Below, piece after piece: positions 9,201 to 16,406 of a stretch of DNA of 64,000 nucleotides; the first letter of the stretch is position 1, and every line of letters starts with the position of its first letter. The notes below the pieces were generated by a model that was not told the DNA's origin, did no database searches, and was given only the letters and a program-made list of their open reading frames with translations. The DNA comes from Alphaproteobacteria bacterium. Its GTDB lineage: Bacteria; Pseudomonadota; Alphaproteobacteria; Rs-D84. The stretch is taken from assembly GCA_017427405.1 (NCBI GenBank), contig JAFRSV010000016.1:31333-95332 (forward strand), written 5' to 3'. The translations under genes and the position numbers were made by a program.

Positions 9201-9885
9201 TGCGATTACGGATGAAGGTTTACTTGCCAATGATCCTACGATTTCGGCAAACCTGGAACCTATGAAACTTGGTAATTTTTCGGCGGTGCAATCAAGCGTT
9301 GGGTGGCGCACAAAGAATTTTGGTTTGACAACAAGTTTTGGTGTTGCACATGAAAGTGATACATTGCTGGGGGCATCGGGAACCGGGCTTTTGGGATTGG
9401 GTGCGGCGGAAACGCGATATGTTGATGCGGGTGTATATTGGAATTTGTTCGATGATGTGCGTGCGCATGCGCGGGCAACATTTGCGCACACGACCCCTGG
9501 TGTGGATGGTGGCGCGATAATATCGCTTTCTGAATTGGATTCAAATGCGTTTTCGGTTGGTGTGGATACACATAGTTTTTCGTTTGGTGTATCAATGCCG
9601 TTGGCGGTGCGCCATGGAAAGATGTATTATGATTATGCCGACTATGATATTGTGACCGATGACGAAGACCGGTATGATTTGGTAATTTCAAATGCCGGTG
9701 TGCGTGATGTTGATATTGCACCAAACGCGCGTGAGGTTCGGTTTAACGCGTCGTATCGGCAAAAAATCGGTGAATTTACCGATGGGGCGCTTGGGTTTAT
9801 ATATCGCGTGAATCCAAATAATACGCATGAATTTGGAAATGAATCTATATTTATGATGAAAATGTCGCATCGGATTGGCATCTAA
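6253..9885 (+). CDS. Giant surface protein (about 1210 aa): signal peptide, N-terminal ankyrin repeat, long Gly/Asn/Thr-rich passenger, C-terminal beta-barrel-like (autotransporter-like) domain
   Basis: Signal peptide MKFIRLVVFALFLCPFAVHA. Ankyrin-like segment LLAAARNADIRQVQSLVAAGANINFVDSTGLSLVCTALMNNDLRAAQILQMYGADA. The last 300 aa or so show alternating aromatic/hydrophobic strands. Confidence 0.6.
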   Translation: MKFIRLVVFALFLCPFAVHAAPVTEFTAASQLLAAARNADIRQVQSLVAAGANINFVDSTGLSLVCTALMNNDLRAAQILQMYGADASKCDQQIRKYRSRRAPERTGGLFGGLSTAQGMTLAAAGAAVVVGGLFLLTDVFDAENDNGYTGSGAGGGSGGSGGGGGDNAGVGVPVFANGLPYGPLLPNAAAETKNYAENLSYYAPADTTSILYKNFQFMNQQENYLLLMRGYSPLARGYLGMRTLRDSNTYAPISLNGYNLGNDPVEGGRPVNVALITANGINAAANTSLADKFVIWTTTNGSSSLNPASNTMISSKYYNNKIITGNDGSSIEDDTTVEDSTFLSYFDLSNSGTAVYNNAATGADNVIAKIVGGNTAGYSNADFIGFMPNGQMTIYRTGGGTHMVNLASPANVGTCSSCVDEFVTGVVLNINGLGENLIATVNGYAVTLSNETHTYYGYISAVDNFLYVDSNGDGRADGAYAMSSAGTIYQYKQLQQTDYYNYSAMVNAAARLGDVSGGRSRVSIIANTDVIEPLHLTNAATIQTVLNSGTGNYETTFGNLIAGAYGATDSNNLPQTNATSFFNSLGVSYSPLTVFSTGGFETNAQWSDSPLDATFENAAPLVYSNLEHLFMSVVAVGASTVDESGIAANSDTNTNPYQLAQWAVNDPTDGMTYYKARTCGTAGMGGAGIDPWCFAAVGVTDEMATAAAAGAAGVLTSAFYYMTPQQIFMLMALTADGPYLGRLSSGQTLTESALAAHLQSMYEMPASYQWRIDNNNEDYLDVFKEVFGYGVINLERATTPGTNLYFYSGGDIVSTSGNAYWRAATTTGFRGSGALNMGRVAISTAAYDVLESVDGTMRLPRIWKNNFTLGSDGRHALYMGDVLSDLRVRANDDNMTRVGNMSFGFTRGERNYDDGMGGVDNMRFEYANDSWKISADYQRYLTDGKSRFGGASNPIFGLASNATSVGAEYKYGNLFFGARGVSGAITDEGLLANDPTISANLEPMKLGNFSAVQSSVGWRTKNFGLTTSFGVAHESDTLLGASGTGLLGLGAAETRYVDAGVYWNLFDDVRAHARATFAHTTPGVDGGAIISLSELDSNAFSVGVDTHSFSFGVSMPLAVRHGKMYYDYADYDIVTDDEDRYDLVISNAGVRDVDIAPNAREVRFNASYRQKIGEFTDGALGFIYRVNPNNTHEFGNESIFMMKMSHRIGI

Positions 9886-9944
9886 ATTTCTTGACTTGAT
9901 GATTTGTTGTTGTATGCTTTACAGTCTTGGAAAAGGTTTTTTAT

Positions 9945-10358
9945 ATGTCTTGTATAAAGTATCGTTTGTCACAGACGGGTTTTTTCCCGCGTTTTGAACC
10001 CAGTGTTTCTGATGTTGAATTGGGCGCAAAGAGGGTGCATTTTATAGAACATTTGCGAAACAGACATGGTGGGTGGCGTTGGTACATATGGCCAATGGCG
10101 TGGAATTGGAAAAATGTTAGGGAACTTAAACATTTGTTTCGGGCAAATGGCGTTTCGTTACACATGCATTATAGTCGGAAATATCAAGAATGGGTGTTGT
10201 TCGCGGTGGATAGGGATCAACCATTTTTATCGGATGTAAAGAAAGTTTATATGGATTCGGAAAATTTTGAAAAAATACAAGAACGCAGAAAAAAAGAAAT
10301 ATCAGAGCGCAGGGAAAGGTTTGAGGCATTGCAAAAAGTTTTGGGACGGAATCGCTAA
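9945..10358 (+). CDS. Hypothetical protein A (137 aa), tandem paralog of 10447-10875. Shared core ...FRANG[VI]....
   Basis: ATG with a weak SD. Protein-level similarity to its neighbour: FPRFEPSVSDVELGA vs SPRWDARVEDILSAA, and LKHLFRANGVSLHMHY vs VSRVFRANGILGTLCY. Confidence 0.45.
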   Translation: MSCIKYRLSQTGFFPRFEPSVSDVELGAKRVHFIEHLRNRHGGWRWYIWPMAWNWKNVRELKHLFRANGVSLHMHYSRKYQEWVLFAVDRDQPFLSDVKKVYMDSENFEKIQERRKKEISERRERFEALQKVLGRNR

Positions 10359-10446
10359 TCAGACGATTTTTGCCTGGCGGGTTCGTGAAATTGTTTCCGG
10401 TTTGTCGGGTGTCTTTTGCGGTGAAATAAAAAGGAGGCGGCCGTAT

Positions 10447-10875
10447 ATGTCACTGGTTAGATATTATGTTGGAAAATTAAATTTATCACCACGTTGGGAT
10501 GCGCGGGTCGAAGATATCTTGTCGGCGGCATTGTCGGTGTATAAAATTGAAGAAATCAAAGATTCACGTGGGAATAATCATTTTTATGTTGTTTTTTCTG
10601 CATCGGATTTTCGGCATGTTTTGGATGTTTCACGTGTGTTTCGTGCAAACGGGATTTTGGGAACGCTTTGTTATAAAAATGTTGTGAACAGTGCGGGAAA
10701 ATTACAAGGTATGTTGGCGTTGCGTGTGCGTGACCGGAATCAGAAATTTATGCACGACGTCCAAAAAACAATCGATGATGTGACATATTTTCGGGATACG
10801 GTTTTGTCGGAATATAACGCGGCACATGAAAAGAAAAAATATATTATTCCTGAATTATTTGGAAAGTTTAGATAG
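10447..10875 (+). CDS. Hypothetical protein B (142 aa), tandem paralog of 9945-10358. Possible RRM/SPOR-like alpha-beta fold.
   Basis: Strong RBS AAGGAGG 6 nt upstream of the ATG at 10447. Paralogy with ORF A. Confidence 0.5.
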   Translation: MSLVRYYVGKLNLSPRWDARVEDILSAALSVYKIEEIKDSRGNNHFYVVFSASDFRHVLDVSRVFRANGILGTLCYKNVVNSAGKLQGMLALRVRDRNQKFMHDVQKTIDDVTYFRDTVLSEYNAAHEKKKYIIPELFGKFR

Positions 10876-10882
10876 GGTGAAT

Positions 10883-11003
10883 GGATAGTGTAAGTATTAG
10901 TGGTAAGTAAACGGGCGCGTTCGCGCCCGTCACTAATCACCCGTCGCGGCACGCCGCGCCGCGGTCGTGACGGACTTATACTAACACTTTCCACTATCTA
11001 TGA
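10883..11003. repeat. Family A inverted-repeat bracket (GATAGTGTAAGTATTAGTGGTAAG ... CTTATACTAACACTTTCCACTATC) enclosing two GC-rich hairpins between convergent genes
   Basis: Read directly. Hairpins are ACGGGCGCGTTCGCGCCCGT and CCGTCGCGGCACGCCGCGCCGCGGTCGTGACGG. Confidence 0.65.
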
Positions 11004-12236
11004 CAATTTGTGGATGACGAGTCCACTGCGCAGTTTTGGTTCAAACCATGTTGTTTTTGGTGGCATAATGTTGCCGGTGTCCGCAATGTCGATGATTTGC
11101 CGCATTGTGACCGGGTACAGTGCAAAGGCCACCGCCATTTCACCACTGTCCACGCGTTTTTGCAGTTCACCAAGACCGCGGATTCCGCCGACGAAGTCGA
11201 TACGCTTGCTGGTACGCAGGTCACCAAGGTTTAATATCTTGTCGAACACCAAATTCGAAAGAACCGTCACGTCCAACACGCCGATTGGGTCGTTGTCGTT
11301 GTATGTGCCGGACCGTGCCGTCAATGAATACCATTTGCCGTTCAAATACATTCCAAAGTTGTGCAATTTATTCGGCTTGTAAATATCCGTTCCCATTTCT
11401 TTTACTTCGAATGATTCCGACAATTTCGCCAAGAATTCGTCCGCCGAAAGTCCGTTCAAATCTTTGACAACGCGGTTATAGTCGATAACCTTTAATTGGC
11501 TTTCTGGGAAAATCACGGCAAGGAAGAAATTGTATTCTTCATTTCCGGTATGATTTGGATTTTGTTCGCGCTTTTCCGCACCAACGCGTGCCGCCGCCGC
11601 AGTGCGATGGTGACCGTCCGCAACATAAAGTGCCGGTATGTCTTTAAAGATTTCGGTAATGCGCGCGTTGATTGAATCGTCACGAATGACCCAGAATTTA
11701 TGACCAAAACCGTCCGCGGCGGTAAAGTCATATTCGGGCGCATTGTTTTTAACAAAGTTTTCAACGATTTCGTTCATCTCGGCTACATCGGGATACGCAA
11801 AGAAAACCGGTTCGATGTTTGCATTTTGAATGCGCACGTGAATCATGCGGTCGTCTTCTTTATCCTTGCGCGTAAGTTCGTGCTTTTTGATTTTTCCGGT
11901 CATATAGTCGTCGACATTTGCCGCCGCAACAAGTCCGTATTGGGTGCGGCCATCCATTGTTTGGGCATAGATATAATACATTTCTTTTTCGTCTTGGACC
12001 AACCAACCGCGGTCTTGCCACAGTTTGAAATTTTCAACTGCTTTGTCATAGACGGCTTGACTGTGTTCATCGGCAATTGGGTCAAAATCTATTTCCGGTT
12101 TAATAATGTGCAACAGTGATTTTTCGCCGGCCTCTTGCTTTGCCTCGGCTGAATTCAGAACATCGTACGGACGCGATGCAACTGCGGCCGCGAATTCTTT
12201 TGGTGGGCGTACACCCGCAAATGGTTTTATTTTCAT
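10998..12236 (-). CDS. DUF1015 family conserved protein (412 aa)
   Basis: N-terminus MKIKPFAGVRPP...ASRPYDVL is typical of DUF1015. RBS AAAGGAGTG upstream. Confidence 0.7.
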   Translation of the reverse strand: MKIKPFAGVRPPKEFAAAVASRPYDVLNSAEAKQEAGEKSLLHIIKPEIDFDPIADEHSQAVYDKAVENFKLWQDRGWLVQDEKEMYYIYAQTMDGRTQYGLVAAANVDDYMTGKIKKHELTRKDKEDDRMIHVRIQNANIEPVFFAYPDVAEMNEIVENFVKNNAPEYDFTAADGFGHKFWVIRDDSINARITEIFKDIPALYVADGHHRTAAAARVGAEKREQNPNHTGNEEYNFFLAVIFPESQLKVIDYNRVVKDLNGLSADEFLAKLSESFEVKEMGTDIYKPNKLHNFGMYLNGKWYSLTARSGTYNDNDPIGVLDVTVLSNLVFDKILNLGDLRTSKRIDFVGGIRGLGELQKRVDSGEMAVAFALYPVTMRQIIDIADTGNIMPPKTTWFEPKLRSGLVIHKLS

Positions 12237-12299
12237 GAATCACTCCTTTTGTATTAAACGGTGTTGATTATAACCCTGTTTTTACAAAAGGCAATAAAT

Positions 12300-12380
12300 T
12301 AGTGTTAGTCCGTCCCGTCACCGCAAAGCGGTGCCGAGGCCGCGACGGGTGTAAGTGGTTAGTGTTAGTGATTGATGATT
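12300..12380. repeat. Repeat unit GTTAGTCCGTCCCG-hairpin-GCCGCGACGGGTGTAAGTGGTTAGTGTTAGTG (families A and D). A near copy sits at 39688-39760.
   Basis: Direct comparison of the two loci. Confidence 0.6.
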
Positions 12381-12393
12381 TTGATCGGATAAA

Positions 12394-12422
12394 GATTTTG
12401 AATTATATCACAAATATGATAT
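12394..12422 (+). promoter_or_regulatory. Sigma-70-like promoter TTGAAT-N16-TATAAT for ORF 12453
   Basis: Hexamers read directly, about 30 nt upstream of the ATG. RBS AAGGGAGAG. Confidence 0.5.
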
Positions 12423-12452
12423 AATATAACAAAGGAATAAAAGGGAGAGAAT

Positions 12453-12983
12453 ATGTCGATAAATCCGCAAATCCGCAGAAATCTAGGGGGGGGGGACGGC
12501 CTGGCGGCCCCAAATATGACGAACAAAGTTCGTCATATTGCGCATAAATTTTTATATTTTTCGATATTTTTAATTTTTATTTTTCCGTATTTTTCATTCG
12601 GTGTGACATTGAAACAGCGGTCGTTCGGTGAATCGACCGGTGGTGCGTATTATTCAGATTATGACTATGGCGCACTTGACTATGTTCCCGGCGCGGATGG
12701 TATGAGTGAAATGGAGGTTGTATCAACACTGCGCCATGATATTCAGGCGTTGGATGAACAAATCGCAACGTGTGAACGCAAGCGCAAGGGCTGGGTCGCG
12801 GCGACGGTTGTTGGTGGTGTTGGTGTTGCGGCGACGGGGATTGCGGCAATCGTGCAGCATAACAAGATTCAAGACAAGAAAACAGAACTTGAAAGTGTAA
12901 AGAAAGATGTAACGGACGCCAAGCACCAGGTTGAAGATGCGCGCCAAGATTTAGATAAATTACAGCCAAAAAAGGGAAATTAA
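12453..12983 (+). CDS. Membrane protein (176 aa): hydrophobic N-terminus, shared module ...CERKRKGW + glycine-zipper helix VAATVVGGVGVAATGIAAIV, C-terminal coiled coil
   Basis: Strong RBS. The CE[RG]K..GW-TM module is shared with the downstream ORF. Confidence 0.5.
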   Translation: MSINPQIRRNLGGGDGLAAPNMTNKVRHIAHKFLYFSIFLIFIFPYFSFGVTLKQRSFGESTGGAYYSDYDYGALDYVPGADGMSEMEVVSTLRHDIQALDEQIATCERKRKGWVAATVVGGVGVAATGIAAIVQHNKIQDKKTELESVKKDVTDAKHQVEDARQDLDKLQPKKGN

Positions 12984-12984
12984 A

Positions 12985-14709
12985 ATGAAAAAGATAATAT
13001 CATTTGTTGGTCTGTTTGCGGTTCTGGGTGTGGGTATTGGTGATGCACACGGTGTCGCAATGAGTGCGCAGGTTCGCCGGTTGTTGCAAGAAAAGCAGGA
13101 AAAGATAGAGCAACTTGAAAAATGCGAGGGGAAAAAGCAAGGATGGATGATTGCGGGGATATCGACGATTGGTCTGACGGCGGTTGGTGTTGGGGTGAAC
13201 ATTGCCCAGGCATCAAAGAGCAACCGTCTTTCGGATGAAATCGAAATGGAAAAAAGCACATTGGAACGCCATCAAAATGAATTGAATCGGATACAAAATG
13301 ATATTGCCGCGGAACAACTTAGACAACGTCGTGAAGATTGTAAAAAACAATCTGGTAAACGTTGGAATGAAAATGGATATTGTGAAGATGTTCCGGGCAC
13401 AGGGGGCGGAAATGGTGCAACAGTCCAGGTAATTGAACCAACACCCATGCCCGCGCTTGATAATCCAGATGGTGAGATAGGTAAACCGTGTGGTGACAAT
13501 AGCGGTGGTATATGGACCAAAAAGACAGATGGAACGAAGAAGTGTTCGAATGTAAATGGCCTGGTTTTATGCGAATGTGTAAAAGGGGATAAATTGATTA
13601 TTGATACCTCTGCTAAAAATTCCAAACTGTCCAATAGTAACAATAATGTTGGCACCGTTGATAACATAATGGAATTGGCGCGATACAAGGGGTATAAAGT
13701 CCAATGTAACGGTGCCGATGAAAAGTTTGAATTTGTTAATAATGTTCCTGGAGCGGATGAACAAATTCTTCGTATCAAAACTGAGTGTAATGGCACAATA
13801 ACAGAAAAGACATCGTCTATGCAATACACAGGTGTGTCCGGTAAAACAACAGATTATGCAACTACGATTATCATATGCAAATGCGACAAGCGACGTGATT
13901 TTTCTGTATCTGAATCCGGGATTAAAAAATTATCCAGTGGAACATCAGGTGGAACATTACAGGAATCAAAATGGCATATTTTGGAACAAGCGGACAGGGG
14001 ATACGGCGTAACAAGAGATTATTTTTGTAATCAAGTGCAGGACAAAAGCAAATATATTGCTTTTACCGTTCGTGCCGATTATCCGGATGTTAGCGCGTTG
14101 ATTGAACAGGGAGCTGGTATGGGCTATTGGTGTAAACAATTGGATGGAACATGGACGGTGATGCGCCCATATGGTATAAACGGCAGAGAATGGAAATGTG
14201 ATAATTTGGATGCGGTTAAATCGAAATGCAACCCGCAAAAGGTAAACACAAAACCAGTGGTTGAAAAAAATTCGGTTATTGATTTTGGTTTAAAAACAGG
14301 TGTTGATCTGGCTATTAAAAACGCACAATCAAACGTGACATCAAAAGAACAAAACAAAGATATGCAAATATTGAATTCAACGGTACGAACCCCTGGGGCG
14401 TTTAGTGTTAATCTGCCGTCAACAGACACAACAAAAAAGTCCGAACCTACTGCAATTGAAAAATTCGAAGCTGAGGCCGCATCCATTACACAATGCGAAA
14501 CAAGTGGTGGTTGGGTTGGGCCGTTTGGTGGATGCAATTGTCCGCATGCCAAGGGTTTAACGCGCAGCAGTGATAAAAAATCTTGTGTGTGCGAAAAATC
14601 TGGATATGTATATGACAGGTCCAAGGGTAAATGCATTGCTCCAAATCGCGAAGATGTATCAGAGTTTATAGATGAACTTGAGGCCAATTCAAAAGACAGG
14701 TTTTTATAA
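12985..14709 (+). CDS. Secreted/membrane Cys-rich protein (574 aa): signal peptide, CEGKKQGW + glycine-zipper helix, coiled coil, then Cys-rich C-terminal region
   Basis: Begins 2 nt after the upstream stop. N-terminal module is paralogous to 12453-12983. 24 Cys. Confidence 0.55.
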   Translation: MKKIISFVGLFAVLGVGIGDAHGVAMSAQVRRLLQEKQEKIEQLEKCEGKKQGWMIAGISTIGLTAVGVGVNIAQASKSNRLSDEIEMEKSTLERHQNELNRIQNDIAAEQLRQRREDCKKQSGKRWNENGYCEDVPGTGGGNGATVQVIEPTPMPALDNPDGEIGKPCGDNSGGIWTKKTDGTKKCSNVNGLVLCECVKGDKLIIDTSAKNSKLSNSNNNVGTVDNIMELARYKGYKVQCNGADEKFEFVNNVPGADEQILRIKTECNGTITEKTSSMQYTGVSGKTTDYATTIIICKCDKRRDFSVSESGIKKLSSGTSGGTLQESKWHILEQADRGYGVTRDYFCNQVQDKSKYIAFTVRADYPDVSALIEQGAGMGYWCKQLDGTWTVMRPYGINGREWKCDNLDAVKSKCNPQKVNTKPVVEKNSVIDFGLKTGVDLAIKNAQSNVTSKEQNKDMQILNSTVRTPGAFSVNLPSTDTTKKSEPTAIEKFEAEAASITQCETSGGWVGPFGGCNCPHAKGLTRSSDKKSCVCEKSGYVYDRSKGKCIAPNREDVSEFIDELEANSKDRFL

Positions 14710-14730
14710 TAAATTGTAAATCAAATAATC

Positions 14731-14760
14731 TTATCGGCGGGTAACCGCCGATATTTTTTT
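14731..14760. terminator. Bidirectional Rho-independent terminator (ATCGGCGGGTAACCGCCGAT + T-run) between convergent genes
   Basis: Perfect stem, T tract on the plus side, A-rich on the other. Confidence 0.75.
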
Positions 14761-14767
14761 GCCGGTT

Positions 14768-15853
14768 CTATTCCGTGTCAATTGCCACGTCAAAGACCGT
14801 TTCGGCGCGCGCGGTGTCCAGTGGGTGCGATTGGAACGGAACGGTTTCAAAGTCTATCCGGTTCATATCAATTCTGCGAATTGTGCGGTTATACATTGTG
14901 TGATAGTAAACTTTCCGATTCGTAATATCGGTTGCGATTGTCCATTGTGTTGCGGACGGCATGTCGAAAGTTCCCGACTTTGCTGCCTGGGTCGTGCCGA
15001 ACGGAACATCAAAGTTGTTAAGGATATGAAACGCCTGTTTAATCGTGGCGGCGGCGTCGGGTTGCGTTATTGAATAATTCTTGAAAAACGATGCGCGGAC
15101 AAAGCGTGACGGCGATGAAAAGTCCCCGGGCAGGCCCAGCAACCCCGTTCCATGACTTAACGATTGCAATTTAATCGGGCCAAAGACCGTCGGCGCGATT
15201 GTGCCGGACTGTAAATTAATATAGTTATCAAGGTTCGTTAAATGCCATGTGAATTCTGGCGAATTTGCGATTGTGCCCAATGGGTTTTCATAAAATGTTG
15301 GTATGCCATCGATAATTTCCATGACGACCACGCGCCCAGATGCTTCGGCGATGCGCCAATGAACGGTTGATGCGGTGGGGTCAATGTTTACGACGTTTAC
15401 GGTGTCGATTGCGGATTTTACTTCATCAATGCTTGAAAACGACGACAGTATCCATGATACAACCTGAAAATCCGCAAGGGTGTTTGCGTTATCGGCCGAT
15501 GAATACGGCGCGTATTTGCCATAGTCCGGGAAATAGAATAGGGCGGCGGAAAGTCCGGCCTCGTTCGTGCCGTCAACGATGAATTCGGGCCTTTGCATGC
15601 CAAGGCCGACAAATCCATATTTAGATGTGAATTTCATGCCATCCTTTGACCCGTCGGGCAGTAATGATTGTTCGGTGTGACCGCGCGGACTGATGACGTA
15701 CAGGTTGTCCATTTCCGAACCCGACCAATCGACGGTCCGCGCAAGAACAAAGGAATTGTCCGCCGCGGTCAGTGTGATGCCGGTGCATGCGTTTGCGCTT
15801 TGTATAGTGGCGATAATGCCGATTGCGAAAATTAATGTTGTGATTTTGTTCAT
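14768..15853 (-). CDS. Choloylglycine hydrolase / linear amide C-N hydrolase (Ntn) family protein with signal peptide. N-terminal Cys nucleophile after ...ANA|CTGITL.
   Basis: Motifs CTGITLTAADNSFVLARTVDW (Cys1, Arg, Asp) match the bile-salt-hydrolase/penicillin-V-acylase family. The ATG at 15853 has an AAGGAA RBS. Confidence 0.65.
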   Translation of the reverse strand: MNKITTLIFAIGIIATIQSANACTGITLTAADNSFVLARTVDWSGSEMDNLYVISPRGHTEQSLLPDGSKDGMKFTSKYGFVGLGMQRPEFIVDGTNEAGLSAALFYFPDYGKYAPYSSADNANTLADFQVVSWILSSFSSIDEVKSAIDTVNVVNIDPTASTVHWRIAEASGRVVVMEIIDGIPTFYENPLGTIANSPEFTWHLTNLDNYINLQSGTIAPTVFGPIKLQSLSHGTGLLGLPGDFSSPSRFVRASFFKNYSITQPDAAATIKQAFHILNNFDVPFGTTQAAKSGTFDMPSATQWTIATDITNRKVYYHTMYNRTIRRIDMNRIDFETVPFQSHPLDTARAETVFDVAIDTE

Positions 15854-15987
15854 TGTTGGTTCCTTTTGTTTTTTTATCATTTTATCTGTTGTGTCGTTGG
15901 CGCACCACAGGAACAAATTCGGTAAAAGTCCAGTGTGCAATTTTTATTTGCAAAACGCGAAAAGCACGTATATAATACGGTGCGCCT

Positions 15988-16061
15988 TGGGGCATAGTTT
16001 AATGGTAGAACATCGGACTCTGACTCCGCTAGTATTGGTTCGAATCCAGTTGCCCCAACCA
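15988..16061 (+). tRNA. tRNA-Gln (anticodon CUG)
   Basis: Acceptor stem TGGGGCA/TGCCCCA, discriminator A, encoded CCA. T-arm is TTCGAATCC. Anticodon loop is CTCTGAC. Overall similarity to bacterial tRNA-Gln. Confidence 0.75.
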
Positions 16062-16065
16062 AGAA

Positions 16066-16090
16066 ATTCAAACACCCGAATGGGTGTTTT
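16066..16090 (+). terminator. Hairpin + T-run (AACACCCGAATGGGTGTTTT) after tRNA-Gln
   Basis: Read directly. Confidence 0.55.
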
Positions 16091-16406
16091 AATTTTTGGT
16101 TCTGGGTCGGATGGTTGAATCATTTGCAACGCAGGTTGCAAAAGGTTCGACAATGAGTAGATTACACAAGTGAAACGCAGTGTAATCGTCACGAATGCCC
16201 CGCAGCGATAGCGAGGGAATACGAGAATACACAATTAGAAAAATCATAAAAACGGAGTTTTTGTCCCCACGAGTTTTATAGATTTTTCTTATTGTGTATC
16301 GAGGCACCCAGTTGCCCCGTTTTTTCGGATAATATTCCTTTGGATAAATTTGTATTTTGAAAAATATGTGGTAAAATTAGGTGTGTATAAAAAAGGAGAG
16401 AGAAAT

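Noticed and set aside
6253-9885. Possible subtilisin-like (S8) autotransporter protease (DSTG, GGTHM, GVTDEMATAAAAGAAG segments)
   Set aside because: The candidate Asp and His motifs are about 340 aa apart. The Ser position is occupied by D/E. The DSTG lies inside the ankyrin repeat. The spacing and residues do not fit a catalytic triad.
10990-11010. DnaA-box-like sequences (TTATCCAC-like) in family A repeats
   Set aside because: The repeat reads CCACTATC / CACTTATC, not the TTATCCACA consensus, and the sites sit at gene 3' ends rather than forming an origin cluster.
15877-16307. Minus-strand ORFs 15877-16071, 15944-16234 and 16089-16307
   Set aside because: They overlap tRNA-Gln and its terminator and hairpin region, and none has an RBS. 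Spurious.
16100-16340. Structured ncRNA (RNase P, tmRNA, 4.5S) in the 340-bp gene-free stretch after tRNA-Gln
   Set aside because: None of the conserved cores (RNase P GGAAAGTCCGGGCT, 4.5S GGAAGCAGCC, tmRNA tRNA-like end) is present.
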